Shown: positions 54,191 to 63,722 of the stretch, one piece after another
How positions within the stretch are numbered: the first letter of the stretch is position 1
How the letters are laid out: each line of letters opens with the position of its first letter
Assembly (NCBI GenBank): GCA_016182495.1
Contig: JACPGK010000008.1
Coordinates: 2,870-66,869 of the forward strand
Length of the DNA stretch: 64,000 nucleotides
DNA from: Candidatus Kerfeldbacteria bacterium
Lineage (GTDB): Bacteria; Patescibacteriota; Patescibacteriia; UBA9570
Reading direction: 5' to 3'
The notes under the pieces: model-generated
Database searches by the model: none
Told to the model about the DNA's origin: nothing
What the model saw: only the letters and a program-made list of their open reading frames with translations
Position numbers and translations under genes: made by a program

Positions 54191-55786
54191 ATGGCCCAAC
54201 CAAAAGTAATCGTGATTGGTTTAGATGGTTCCAGTTGGGAACTCGTCAACCAATTGCGCGCTGAACAACAACTGCCTGCCCTGGAAAAAATGATCAATCA
54301 GGGTATGAGCAGTACGATGTACTCGACTCATCCAGCTCATAGCGCTCCGGCCTGGACCAGTTTTGTCACCGGCGTACCACCCACCGAGCATGGTTGTTTA
54401 GATTTCTTGGTGGTACATAATGATATTACCGATTTAGACATTATTGATAGCACCAAAATCAAACAGGAAACTATCTATGAAGCCATGGTACGACATGGTC
54501 GCCGGCCAATTTTAATCAATTTACCGAATACCTTTCCGCCAAAATTAAAAGATGCCATTACCATTACCAGTTTAATGACACGCGGTGAAAAATTTATTTT
54601 TCCGGCCAGCTTGAAACAGCGCTATCCCGAATTGCAGCACTATCGCCTATCACCTAATGCCAAGTTACGCTCAAAAGATCAGTTCGATGCCTACGTTCAA
54701 GATCTCTGTCAGCTAGAACGCGATCGCATCGCCGCAGCTAAACAATTACTGCTGCACGAACCTTGGGATTTTTTCTTTTATCTTTGCTCTGGCACCGATT
54801 GGGTATCGCACGTGGTGTATGATCAAGCGGTGCAACACCACTATCAACCGGCTTTAGAGATGTGGCGCCTGATGGATGAATTTATTGGTTGGGTGATGCA
54901 ACAGCTGGACGATGACACTATTATATACGTCATATCGGATCATGGTTTTAAAGTGTACGATTCTATTTTTTATGTTAACCGCTGGCTGGAAGAACACGGC
55001 TATCTAGCCACCACCGCCGGTACCAGTTCGTTTCAACAAACCCATACCAAACTGTCACGTGAAGTAGCCAAAGTACAACAACGACAGTTCCAGTTCAATG
55101 TTGGTAAACGACTGCGTAATGTACTGCGTCATTCGCCACGGTTAGAACAAGGTGCTAAATGGTCGTATCATCATATTATTAAACGGTTTGTACCGGTGAA
55201 TGTGAAGATTAATTTACAACTTGATCTCACCAAAACCCAAGTGGGCTTTCCACGCGGCTCGATGGCCAGTTTGTTGTATGTCAACGATCAAGTTCGGTTT
55301 CGTCATGGCATTGTGCCAGCCAACCAACGGGCCAGCCTAACCCAGCAACTCCAGCAACAATTGCAAGCCATTACTGATCCTGGTGGTCAACCAGCCATTG
55401 CCCAGGTATACACCACTGAACAACTGTATGGTAACCGCGCTATGGCCATTGCCCCTGATTTATTTTTACAGCCAAACCAGCATTATTTATCAGGCTCATT
55501 ACATTCGGCAGCTTTGTTTGAAAACACTTCCAAAAATTATCATGATGATCAAGGGATGTTTTTAGCCTATGGCAAAGCCATTGCTCATCAACCGATGTCA
55601 GATAGTTCTATTATGCAAATGGCCCCAACCATTATGCATAGTTTGGGCTTACCGCTATTGCCACAATTCAGCGCTACCGTGATGGACATTTTTGCTTCTA
55701 CCAGTTCGCTACATCAACCAGCCCAGTACGAAGGCTCATCTGAACAAGCTGACCTACGTACTATCATTAACACTATCGAGTTGTAA
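54191..55786 (+). CDS. alkaline-phosphatase-superfamily protein, phosphodiesterase/NPP-like (paralog 3 of 3; Ser at nucleophile position)
   Basis: The same motif set is present but more diverged (IGLDGSSW, SAPAWTSF, CSGTDWVSH, SDHGF). It is colinear with paralogs 1 and 2. Confidence 0.7.
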   Translation: MAQPKVIVIGLDGSSWELVNQLRAEQQLPALEKMINQGMSSTMYSTHPAHSAPAWTSFVTGVPPTEHGCLDFLVVHNDITDLDIIDSTKIKQETIYEAMVRHGRRPILINLPNTFPPKLKDAITITSLMTRGEKFIFPASLKQRYPELQHYRLSPNAKLRSKDQFDAYVQDLCQLERDRIAAAKQLLLHEPWDFFFYLCSGTDWVSHVVYDQAVQHHYQPALEMWRLMDEFIGWVMQQLDDDTIIYVISDHGFKVYDSIFYVNRWLEEHGYLATTAGTSSFQQTHTKLSREVAKVQQRQFQFNVGKRLRNVLRHSPRLEQGAKWSYHHIIKRFVPVNVKINLQLDLTKTQVGFPRGSMASLLYVNDQVRFRHGIVPANQRASLTQQLQQQLQAITDPGGQPAIAQVYTTEQLYGNRAMAIAPDLFLQPNQHYLSGSLHSAALFENTSKNYHDDQGMFLAYGKAIAHQPMSDSSIMQMAPTIMHSLGLPLLPQFSATVMDIFASTSSLHQPAQYEGSSEQADLRTIINTIEL

Positions 55787-55790
55787 TTAT

Positions 55791-57260
55791 ATGTCGCAGG
55801 CTCGCCAATTGTTACAGGTGATTGCCCGTTTAGTGACATCGCGTTTACTCTATCGCATTCTGGTAGCACTATCAATTATCATCGCTTCTAATTATCTCAT
55901 TACCATTCCCGAACTGTCGGATATTTTTGATGTGGCCAGTGCGGCGGTCAGTATTATTATGATCGGCAGCGAAGTGGGCATGAGTATGGTGTTGATGCGG
56001 CATGGCGCCGAACAAAATCGTGAAAAATTACGGCCGTACTATGGCACCGCTTTAGTAATTGAATCACTGGCTTGGCTGGGTTTGTTTGCCAGTATTATTG
56101 GTGGTTACGCCGTGTTCAATGGTTTCACAACCATGTTTTGGTTGCTGGCAATTTTGGGTGTCAACCAAGCGATCATTCAGTATCGAGTGGTCATTCGATC
56201 AATCTATCGTAGTTTACGTGATAATGAAACCATTACCTATATTGAAATAATTGATGGGGCCTGCAAATTGCTGGGTGTTTGGCTGATTACGCATTGGATC
56301 AGCAATCCAATCACTGGGGCTTACTGGATTGCCTTGCTCTATACCATCACCACCATCATATTTATTGGGCTGTACGGTTGGCATTCATTTAGTTTGGTGA
56401 AACCGCTGATCCAGTGGTCATTACGTAGCGGTATGATTAAAGAAGGGGTGTGGTATAGCTTGCAAGGCTTGATTATGACCGTGTATTTTGAAATTGATAA
56501 ATTAATCATGCGCTTGTTTCAAAGCACCGGCTGGGCGGATATCGCGGCTGGTGATATTGCTCGTTATGGTGCGGCCGCTCGCTTGATTGTGTTTTTTTTA
56601 GTATTTCATCGCATTGGTTTACAAGTAATCACACCTGATTTATATGCTTCGTTTGCTACGAATAAAGATCGTTACCGGCGGATTGTTCAATGTTCTACGC
56701 GCTACATGGGAGCCTTTGGCATAGCTCTAGGCACTGGCTTGATTGTGCTAGCCGATGATATTATGCACCTGTTGTATCGAGCTGAATTTTGGAGCGCCAT
56801 TCCAGCCTTGCAACTATTTGGCGCTTTTTTAATTATTCGATTTATTGGCATTACCTCCAGTCAAGTGTTGGCTACTACCGGTAATCAACCCTTACGCACT
56901 CGCCAAGAAGGCTATGCCGTGGTGGTAAATATTGTGCTCGATATTATTCTTATTCCCCGTTACGGCTTTATGGGTGGAGCCATGGCTACCTTAGCCACTG
57001 AATTACTATTTCAAAGTATCTTTTTTGTGATGACCCGCCGGTTAATTCAGGATTCCATCAGTCGCAGTCTGTGGCAAATTGTGCCGGCTCTGGCTGCCGG
57101 GTTGGTGATGGGTATGGTGATATGGTTTTTAAAACCGCTGGTGCTACTTTGGCTACTGCCGTTGATTGGCGCGGCCGTATTTGTACTGTTATTATGGTTG
57201 TTTCGTTTTTTCAATGAAGCAGATTTCAAGTTACTCAAAAAAACTCCGACTGTCATTTGA
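55791..57260 (+). CDS. second Wzx-like flippase / polysaccharide biosynthesis membrane protein
   Basis: The ATG at 55791 (MSQARQLLQ...) was verified on the sequence. It is about 490 aa with 12+ TM helices. The track ORF begins upstream at 55692 inside the preceding gene. Confidence 0.7.
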   Translation: MSQARQLLQVIARLVTSRLLYRILVALSIIIASNYLITIPELSDIFDVASAAVSIIMIGSEVGMSMVLMRHGAEQNREKLRPYYGTALVIESLAWLGLFASIIGGYAVFNGFTTMFWLLAILGVNQAIIQYRVVIRSIYRSLRDNETITYIEIIDGACKLLGVWLITHWISNPITGAYWIALLYTITTIIFIGLYGWHSFSLVKPLIQWSLRSGMIKEGVWYSLQGLIMTVYFEIDKLIMRLFQSTGWADIAAGDIARYGAAARLIVFFLVFHRIGLQVITPDLYASFATNKDRYRRIVQCSTRYMGAFGIALGTGLIVLADDIMHLLYRAEFWSAIPALQLFGAFLIIRFIGITSSQVLATTGNQPLRTRQEGYAVVVNIVLDIILIPRYGFMGGAMATLATELLFQSIFFVMTRRLIQDSISRSLWQIVPALAAGLVMGMVIWFLKPLVLLWLLPLIGAAVFVLLLWLFRFFNEADFKLLKKTPTVI

Positions 57261-57322
57261 CGTAAATATTAGTTTTGTCTATACTTAAAATGTTCACATA
57301 CATAAGCATATATTTTAAGTAT
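57257..57322 (+). promoter_or_regulatory. near-consensus sigma70 promoter (TTGACG-17-TATACT) overlapped by an 11-bp inverted repeat that also covers the start codon of the AAA+ gene
   Basis: TTGACG lies at 57257-57262 and TATACT at 57280-57285. The repeat arm ATACTTAAAAT at 57281-57291 is the exact reverse complement of ATTTTAAGTAT at 57312-57322, with a 20-nt spacer. The right arm contains the AT of the ATG at 57321. Confidence 0.5.
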
Positions 57323-58535
57323 GATTAAAACCTATATTCGGCGCCCTGTCTATTGGCAAAAAATTGCTCCCTTTGTTGGTAAAGATATCATTAAGGTAAT
57401 TGTTGGCCAACGACGGGTAGGTAAAAGTTATTTTTTATTTCAGATCATGGACGAAATAAAAAAAACTAACCCCAAAGTTAATTTTATTTATCTTAACAAA
57501 GAATCAGAGGAATTTTCTGCTATCAAAACAGGTAAGGATTTGTTGGTTTTTGTCGCTAAAAAAGTTTCCCGTCGCCATAAAAATTGTATCTTTATTGATG
57601 AAATTCAAGAAATAGACGGTTTTGAAAAAGCGTTACGTCATTTGTCCGCTCAAGGTGGCTATGATATTTATTGTACTGGTTCTAATGCGCATATGTTATC
57701 TTCGGAAATTGCCACTGGTTTATCGGGACGTTATGTGGCAGTGACCATGCATAGTCTATCGTTCCCTGAATTCCTAATTTTTCACCAATTAAAAAAAGGT
57801 GAGGATACTTTATTTAAATATATTCGTTATGGCGGGCTGCCATATATCATTAATCTAGAATTAACCGATGAGGTTGTGTATGATTATTTAAAAAATATTT
57901 ATAACACCATTTTGCTTAAGGATGTAGTAGCTCGGTTCGGAGTGCGTAATATCAATTTTTTGGAACGATTGGTAGTGTATCTGGCTGATAATATCGGTAG
58001 TTTTGTGTCAGCTAAAAAAATTAGCGATTTTTTAAAATCCCAAAATATACGAATATCGCCTAATATCGTTCTCAATTATTTATCCTATTTAGTGGCTGCG
58101 TATTTTATCAGCCCAGTGAAAAGATCAGATATAAATGGTAAAAGAATTTTTGAAATCAATGAAAAATATTATTTTGCAGATCTAGGATTGCGCCAGGCGT
58201 TGATCGGTTATCGTCAGGTGGATATAGGAAAAATTTTAGAAAATCTAGTATATAATCACTTACAATTTTTAGAATATACTATTACCGTGGGGAAAAGTGG
58301 TGCCAAAGAAATTGATTTTATCTGTGAAAAAGCTGGAGAAAAACTATATATCCAAGTGGCTTATTTGCTTCCGGATGAAAAAGTCAAAGCCAGAGAATTT
58401 GGCAATCTGTTGCAGATAGCCAACAATTATCCTAAACTGGTAGTTTCTCTAGATGTCATGGCTGGCGGTAATTATCAGGGAATACACCATCTTCATCTGT
58501 TAGATTTTTTAACGAATAACCACTACCCCCTATAA
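57321..58535 (+). CDS. AAA+ ATPase of the AAA_14/DUF4143 (COG1373-like) family
   Basis: The Walker A is VGQRRVGKSY and the Walker B is CIFIDEIQ. The C-terminal DUF4143-like region has a restriction-endonuclease-like EIDFI...YIQVAY block. The gene is conspicuously AT-rich relative to both flanks. Confidence 0.75.
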   Translation: MIKTYIRRPVYWQKIAPFVGKDIIKVIVGQRRVGKSYFLFQIMDEIKKTNPKVNFIYLNKESEEFSAIKTGKDLLVFVAKKVSRRHKNCIFIDEIQEIDGFEKALRHLSAQGGYDIYCTGSNAHMLSSEIATGLSGRYVAVTMHSLSFPEFLIFHQLKKGEDTLFKYIRYGGLPYIINLELTDEVVYDYLKNIYNTILLKDVVARFGVRNINFLERLVVYLADNIGSFVSAKKISDFLKSQNIRISPNIVLNYLSYLVAAYFISPVKRSDINGKRIFEINEKYYFADLGLRQALIGYRQVDIGKILENLVYNHLQFLEYTITVGKSGAKEIDFICEKAGEKLYIQVAYLLPDEKVKAREFGNLLQIANNYPKLVVSLDVMAGGNYQGIHHLHLLDFLTNNHYPL

Positions 58536-60962
58536 AGCCGTAGTTGAGCTGCGGTTTGGTTTGTTCGATTGTCGGTACGTACTGATCAATTGTTTTAATA
58601 ATAAAACTGGGATGGGTAATGTTACCAGCCACAATACATAGTATTCCAGTTGCAATAGTACTCCCCACGATAATAAAAATGTAATCACATCAACCGTGCC
58701 AATGTGTAAGCCCGATTTTAACACAATCTCGGGTTTGCGCTCTTGTAAAAAAATACTTTTTTTGGCTTCCCGTAAATACCCAACTAATAAATTACCCAAC
58801 ATGGCGGCAAAGGCCAGATACACTATCCATACACTATGCCCCACGTAGCCAAACGCCAGGTCGGTAAATTCCATCGGTACCGGGGCCAGTGGTGCAAACC
58901 AATATAATTGCCAAGCCATTGCGCCAAACCATATAATTTCTTTCACCCGATCAGAAATACTATCAAACCAAATGCCAAACTTGCTGCCCCGCCCTAACAT
59001 GCGCGCCACTTCACCATCAGAACAATCAAAAGCAAACGACAATTGAATACACGTAAATGCCAGCACTCTACCCCACCAAGTGGGATACAATAACCCGACC
59101 GCTCCAATACCACCAACCACAAAAGAAATAATCGTTACATCCGGCGCGGTAATTCTAGGAAATAATTTTAATGAATAATACGTGAGGTACTTCGAAATCC
59201 GCCGGTAAATTAAACGACTAAATATACTGTCGTGCGGCTGTTGATATTGAATAATATCGTGTGGTGAAGTTGGTAATGGCACAAAATAGTAGTTAGTATG
59301 TATAGTATTTAGTATAAAATTATACGTGGCCACTGGTTCGAGTTGCGCTATATTCAATAACCGTTGTTCATCGGCATTAGCGCTGCCATCATACCACAGA
59401 TATAACTGATAGTCTGTAGTGAGCTCTCTCAAAAAACTATACACCTGATTCACCGGCGGTTTTTCTTTTGGCTTACGCGGAAATCGAATCACCCGAGCCG
59501 CACTATGGGTCATGATGGTTTCTGAAATACCGGCTTGCCAATCTCCTACCATCAGCAGCAAAGCATTGTTTGGTAACTGTTCGGCCATAGCTTTTAATTG
59601 ATGTAAATCATCTCGGGTAATAGCTTTATATACCGGATCAGCCTCACGATTATGTCGCTGTCGTTCGGCGATTGAAGGTTGTAACGACACAAAAAATGAT
59701 CCGATGAACACCATTACTAACGCAGTCCAACTCCAGCGTTGCAATTGCAGTTTTTGTTGCAACCATAGTACACCAGTAACACTGCCATAGGCCGCCAGTA
59801 AGGTAATTACCGGTACGGCTGGAATTAAATAGCGTGGATATGGATTGATCCAAGCACTAAACAACAAAAATAACGGCCCAAACCAAACTAGTAACATCAC
59901 AGCGGTAGATTTTTGTGCGCGCCATAATAGTATCAAACCAACTGCTGCTGCCAGTAAAAATAAGGGCCAAGTACTCACTGCAGTCAACACCTCCCAGTAC
60001 TGTTTTAACCCACCCACCCCGGGACGAAATTTTCCTTGATTGTTATATAAATTCTGTAGCTGTAACGACCGTACATGATCAAAATTCGAGGTAATGGCAA
60101 TGCGACTAATATCTTTGTCGCGAAATTTTTCTTTATGCAGAGTAATATTCACTGAATTCCATAATGATAGCGATCCAACGCACACTGCCCCAATCAAAAA
60201 TACGCCCACTACTTGATAGCGCTGGGCTGTGTTCCACTGCCGCCACCATTGCCAGCCAAGCACAATGAATACCCCCAATAAAATGCCACTGGTTTCTCGA
60301 ATATTAACGCTCATGCCATAGCTGGCTCCGGCGCCCAGCCATAACCCAAGCTGGCACCACCATCGTTTGGTTACGGGCAATAGTAATATCAGCCACAGCG
60401 CCAGCATGAAAAAAAATAATGCTGGTATTTCACGCATTGGTTGGGCTACGGCATAATTGGCATACAAACTAGCTAAGCCTAAACTTAAAGCGGCCATTAC
60501 AGCGCTGGCGCGTTGCAAGGCGGGTGGCAACTGAAATAACCGGAGCGCTAACAGATAAGTGAGCAGCACCACTCCCACCGCTAACCCTGGTTCCACATCA
60601 TACCAGGCTTCATCGCTGCCTGATATTTTTGCAACGCTATACAGCAACCAACCTAAACCAATCGGATAGCGCGAAGCAATCCAGCCAGTTGAAGAGATAA
60701 TTTCATGATGCGTCGGCGCCACAAATCGAGCAAATTTTTCATCGCCAAAATAGGTTAAGGCGCGTTGTACCAGGCTATCCTGGCTCACTAATGGTTCATC
60801 AGCCCACCACTGCCCGGCCGTATATAAGTAGCCAGGGGCATCATCCCCCCACGATCCCCAGGCATGACTGGTGATATAAAAAAAACCAAAAATCAACGTC
60901 AGTAGCGCTAGTATAATGCCATCGATTATCCACCACCATTTAGGCGAAGTAGCTGTGTTCAT
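58530..60962 (-). CDS. 810-aa polytopic membrane protein: GT-C-like N-terminal membrane domain fused to a C-terminal CDP-alcohol phosphatidyltransferase domain
   Basis: The C-terminus holds the complete signature D646-x2-D-G-x2-A-R-x8-G-x3-D-x3-D671 ([29 protein letters not shown], about nt 58950-59027) inside a 6-TM block. The N-terminal roughly 430 residues are 10+ TM helices with an acidic first loop ([13 protein letters not shown]). A roughly 170-aa soluble linker lies between them. The start overlaps the cysC stop (ATGA). Confidence 0.7.
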   Translation of the reverse strand: MNTATSPKWWWIIDGIILALLTLIFGFFYITSHAWGSWGDDAPGYLYTAGQWWADEPLVSQDSLVQRALTYFGDEKFARFVAPTHHEIISSTGWIASRYPIGLGWLLYSVAKISGSDEAWYDVEPGLAVGVVLLTYLLALRLFQLPPALQRASAVMAALSLGLASLYANYAVAQPMREIPALFFFMLALWLILLLPVTKRWWCQLGLWLGAGASYGMSVNIRETSGILLGVFIVLGWQWWRQWNTAQRYQVVGVFLIGAVCVGSLSLWNSVNITLHKEKFRDKDISRIAITSNFDHVRSLQLQNLYNNQGKFRPGVGGLKQYWEVLTAVSTWPLFLLAAAVGLILLWRAQKSTAVMLLVWFGPLFLLFSAWINPYPRYLIPAVPVITLLAAYGSVTGVLWLQQKLQLQRWSWTALVMVFIGSFFVSLQPSIAERQRHNREADPVYKAITRDDLHQLKAMAEQLPNNALLLMVGDWQAGISETIMTHSAARVIRFPRKPKEKPPVNQVYSFLRELTTDYQLYLWYDGSANADEQRLLNIAQLEPVATYNFILNTIHTNYYFVPLPTSPHDIIQYQQPHDSIFSRLIYRRISKYLTYYSLKLFPRITAPDVTIISFVVGGIGAVGLLYPTWWGRVLAFTCIQLSFAFDCSDGEVARMLGRGSKFGIWFDSISDRVKEIIWFGAMAWQLYWFAPLAPVPMEFTDLAFGYVGHSVWIVYLAFAAMLGNLLVGYLREAKKSIFLQERKPEIVLKSGLHIGTVDVITFLLSWGVLLQLEYYVLWLVTLPIPVLLLKQLISTYRQSNKPNRSSTTAL

Positions 60963-61567
60963 GCAGCCCGCAGTACGCCACGCTGTTGCAATTGGTGTAC
61001 CAATTCAGCTAGGGCTGGCTCGACCGTTTGGCGTTCGGTGTTAATTGTAATGTCAGGTGCAATGGGTGCTTCATAGGGCGCCGAAATGCCGGTAAATTCT
61101 GGAATAGTGCCAGCGCGAGCTTTGGCGTACAACCCTTTGGTATCACGCTGTTCACAAGTTGCCAACGAACACTCCACATACACTTCAATAAATTCGCCTG
61201 GCTCGACCATGGCTCGCACCAAATCGCGGTCGGCCTGGTAAGGAGAAATAAAAGCGGTCATAGCAATAGTGCCACTATCAACCAATAATTTAGCCACCTC
61301 GCCAATTCGACGAATATTTTCGGTACGATCAGCCGCCGAAAAACCTAAATCACTATTTAACCCATGCCGAATATTATCTCCATCTAGGCGATACACCCGA
61401 TAATTACGCTCAAACAAATATTGTTCTAAGGCAACCGATAAGGTTGATTTCCCCGAGCCTGATAAACCAGTAAACCATACAATACAACTAGTATGCTTGG
61501 CCTGATCACGACGTTGTTGTTTTGATACAGCACTATCATGCCACACAATATTGGTTGCTGCTATCAT
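60959..61567 (-). CDS. cysC: adenylyl-sulfate (APS) kinase
   Basis: It has the P-loop GLSGSGKST and the APS-kinase blocks ([21 protein letters not shown]). The protein is 202 aa. Confidence 0.9.
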   Translation of the reverse strand: MIAATNIVWHDSAVSKQQRRDQAKHTSCIVWFTGLSGSGKSTLSVALEQYLFERNYRVYRLDGDNIRHGLNSDLGFSAADRTENIRRIGEVAKLLVDSGTIAMTAFISPYQADRDLVRAMVEPGEFIEVYVECSLATCEQRDTKGLYAKARAGTIPEFTGISAPYEAPIAPDITINTERQTVEPALAELVHQLQQRGVLRAA

Positions 61568-62565
61568 ACTTGAATACTGGCTACCTTGGCTTGTAATTTT
61601 GGAAATATCTCATTCAATTGCTCACGGGGAATAATAATACCGACCACTTCTTCTTTGCCGCCAGCATTTAAACCAAGGTCGCGAGCAAATTGAATCAGTT
61701 GACGCATATCGTACTGCAATTGGCGGCGCCGAATATAACACGTATACTGATCAGCTTTTAATTGGCGGGTAAAAATAATTTTATCTGGGTACTGGCGAGA
61801 GATATTACGCGTCACGTGCGATAAAATATTCAGCGACGTATGCAAATCTAAAAACAACACTTGATTACTCAAGGCTTGTGGAGCTTGTTCCAATAAACGA
61901 TCAATTTCTCCCCCAATCTGCTGCAGATTATTTTCTAGTTTTACATCGGTCAATAACGCTAGTGGATCGTGGCGTAATAATTGAATGGTATCATGCATGC
62001 CACTATAATCATCAACCATATAGTTCGAATCAATCAACCGGCGCAAGGTGAGTAATTGAGCAAAGCTAATATTATACTGTTGCATCATTTCTGCTACCCA
62101 GGGATAGTACTGTGTATCTTGTTGAATTGATTCTTCTCGATCCCCCACCATGGCAATGGCCGCCAACAAATTATTGGCTAAGCCCAGGGTGGCGGTGATA
62201 AATGAGGCGCAAGCTGGATGAGGTTGATTAAAATAATGAACCTGGCGATACGGCGTTTGGTGATGGTGATCAAAAATGTAGGTTTGATCAGGCCAAACTC
62301 GCGCCAAGCCATTAACCGTTTGTTCAGGAAAATTAATATCACAGGTAATAGCAAATTGATACTGGGCGTCACTAAGCTGTTGCAACTGCTGGGCCGTTAA
62401 ATAGTAATTGGTAATCGTTGGAACAAAGGTAGTCAGTTTTTTTTCTGGAAACCGTTCAGCGAGATAATTGAATAGCACGGCGGCGGAACATAGCCCATCA
62501 GTATCCCAATGATGGATAATAACACCATGGCGTTGACTAGTAGTGAGGGTTTGAAAAGGATCCAT
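61564..62565 (-). CDS. DHH-family phosphoesterase (NrnA-like; candidate 3'-phosphoadenosine 5'-phosphate phosphatase)
   Basis: DHH motifs are present (HHWDTDG, IFDHHHQ) with a DHHA1-like C-terminus. It sits between sat and cysC with 4-nt overlaps at both junctions. Confidence 0.65.
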   Translation of the reverse strand: MDPFQTLTTSQRHGVIIHHWDTDGLCSAAVLFNYLAERFPEKKLTTFVPTITNYYLTAQQLQQLSDAQYQFAITCDINFPEQTVNGLARVWPDQTYIFDHHHQTPYRQVHYFNQPHPACASFITATLGLANNLLAAIAMVGDREESIQQDTQYYPWVAEMMQQYNISFAQLLTLRRLIDSNYMVDDYSGMHDTIQLLRHDPLALLTDVKLENNLQQIGGEIDRLLEQAPQALSNQVLFLDLHTSLNILSHVTRNISRQYPDKIIFTRQLKADQYTCYIRRRQLQYDMRQLIQFARDLGLNAGGKEEVVGIIIPREQLNEIFPKLQAKVASIQV

Positions 62566-62570
62566 AAAAT

Positions 62571-63719
62571 TCAGTCAACAAAAATTTGAGCTTGTTGAAT
62601 TAACAGTTCAGAAATTTCCGGTCGCATAATTTCGGTGGGAACTACTTCACCAGCCTGCAGCAATTTTCGAATCACCGTACCGGATGGACCAGTACGATCA
62701 GCTTCGCTATGGCCACAGGTTTTACTAGTAGCGATAGTTTCACACCGTTTGCAGTGGAAGCTATTTTCTAATTTCAAAATAGTAATGCCAATATCTTCAA
62801 GGCTGTTAAAAATTTCTTGGCCAGCATAGGTGCCGTAGTAATTACCCACTCCAGCATGATCACGCCCAACAATAAAATGACTACAGCCGAAATTTTTACG
62901 AATAATGGCATGTAAAATAGCTTCGCGTGGCCCGGCATAGCGCATTTGTAAAGGAAGAATAGATAATACTACACGCTGGCGAGGATACACCTGTTTAGCC
63001 ATGTAATCGTAGGCGGCTAAAATAGCTTGATCGGTAAAATCACCGGTTTTCTTTTTACCGATGACTGGATTAATAAATAAACCATCAGTTAATTCTAGAC
63101 CAATGCGCTGTAAATACTCATGAGCACGGTGCGGAGCGTTGCGCGTTTGAAAACCAGTCACCGTGGTCCAGCCTTTTTCCTGAAACAGTAAGCGAGTTTC
63201 CAAAGGGTCTAAATTATATTGATTAAAAGGTTCTTTAGAGTTATCAATTAATTCAATATCGCCACCCAGCAACACCGGTTGCCACTGCTGTACCATGGCT
63301 ACGCCAGGATGCTCATTATCACTAGTACCAAATACCTGTTCAGCCACTACCTTGGCATCGCAACTATATTTATCTTGCACCATCATCACGGCTACGGCTT
63401 GATCAACCTCATCAACCAGCAACACTTGTTCGCCAATGGTGATATCATCACCAACCGTTTGTGTTACATCTAATACAAACGGAATGGGCCACACCGTGCC
63501 GTTGGCTAATTTCAAATGATGCACCACGCTTTCAAAATCAGTTTTGCCCATAAAACCGGTCAGCGGACTGTACACCCCCCGAGCAATATTCTTAACATCT
63601 TTGACTAACTCTTCGTGTAAACGAATATGGCGTAAATGGCCAGACCGTTCTTGCAAGCGTTGAGCATCCTCATTGCGCAATACTCGATTGATCAATAAAT
63701 TGCCGTGCGGTTCAATCAT
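62571..63719 (-). CDS. sat: sulfate adenylyltransferase (ATP sulfurylase)
   Basis: The QTRNAPHRAHE block and GRDHAG, both diagnostic for ATP sulfurylase, are present. The protein is 382 aa. Confidence 0.9.
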   Translation of the reverse strand: MIEPHGNLLINRVLRNEDAQRLQERSGHLRHIRLHEELVKDVKNIARGVYSPLTGFMGKTDFESVVHHLKLANGTVWPIPFVLDVTQTVGDDITIGEQVLLVDEVDQAVAVMMVQDKYSCDAKVVAEQVFGTSDNEHPGVAMVQQWQPVLLGGDIELIDNSKEPFNQYNLDPLETRLLFQEKGWTTVTGFQTRNAPHRAHEYLQRIGLELTDGLFINPVIGKKKTGDFTDQAILAAYDYMAKQVYPRQRVVLSILPLQMRYAGPREAILHAIIRKNFGCSHFIVGRDHAGVGNYYGTYAGQEIFNSLEDIGITILKLENSFHCKRCETIATSKTCGHSEADRTGPSGTVIRKLLQAGEVVPTEIMRPEISELLIQQAQIFVD

Positions 63720-63722
63720 GCC

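Noticed and set aside
58530-60962. A sulfotransferase domain hidden in the soluble linker of the 810-aa protein or in the AlkP paralogs
   Set aside because: I looked for the PAPS-binding 5'-PSB (PKxGTT-like P-loop) and 3'-PB (RDP-like) motifs in these ORFs and found nothing convincing. I left this as an open question in the findings and did not call it as a feature.
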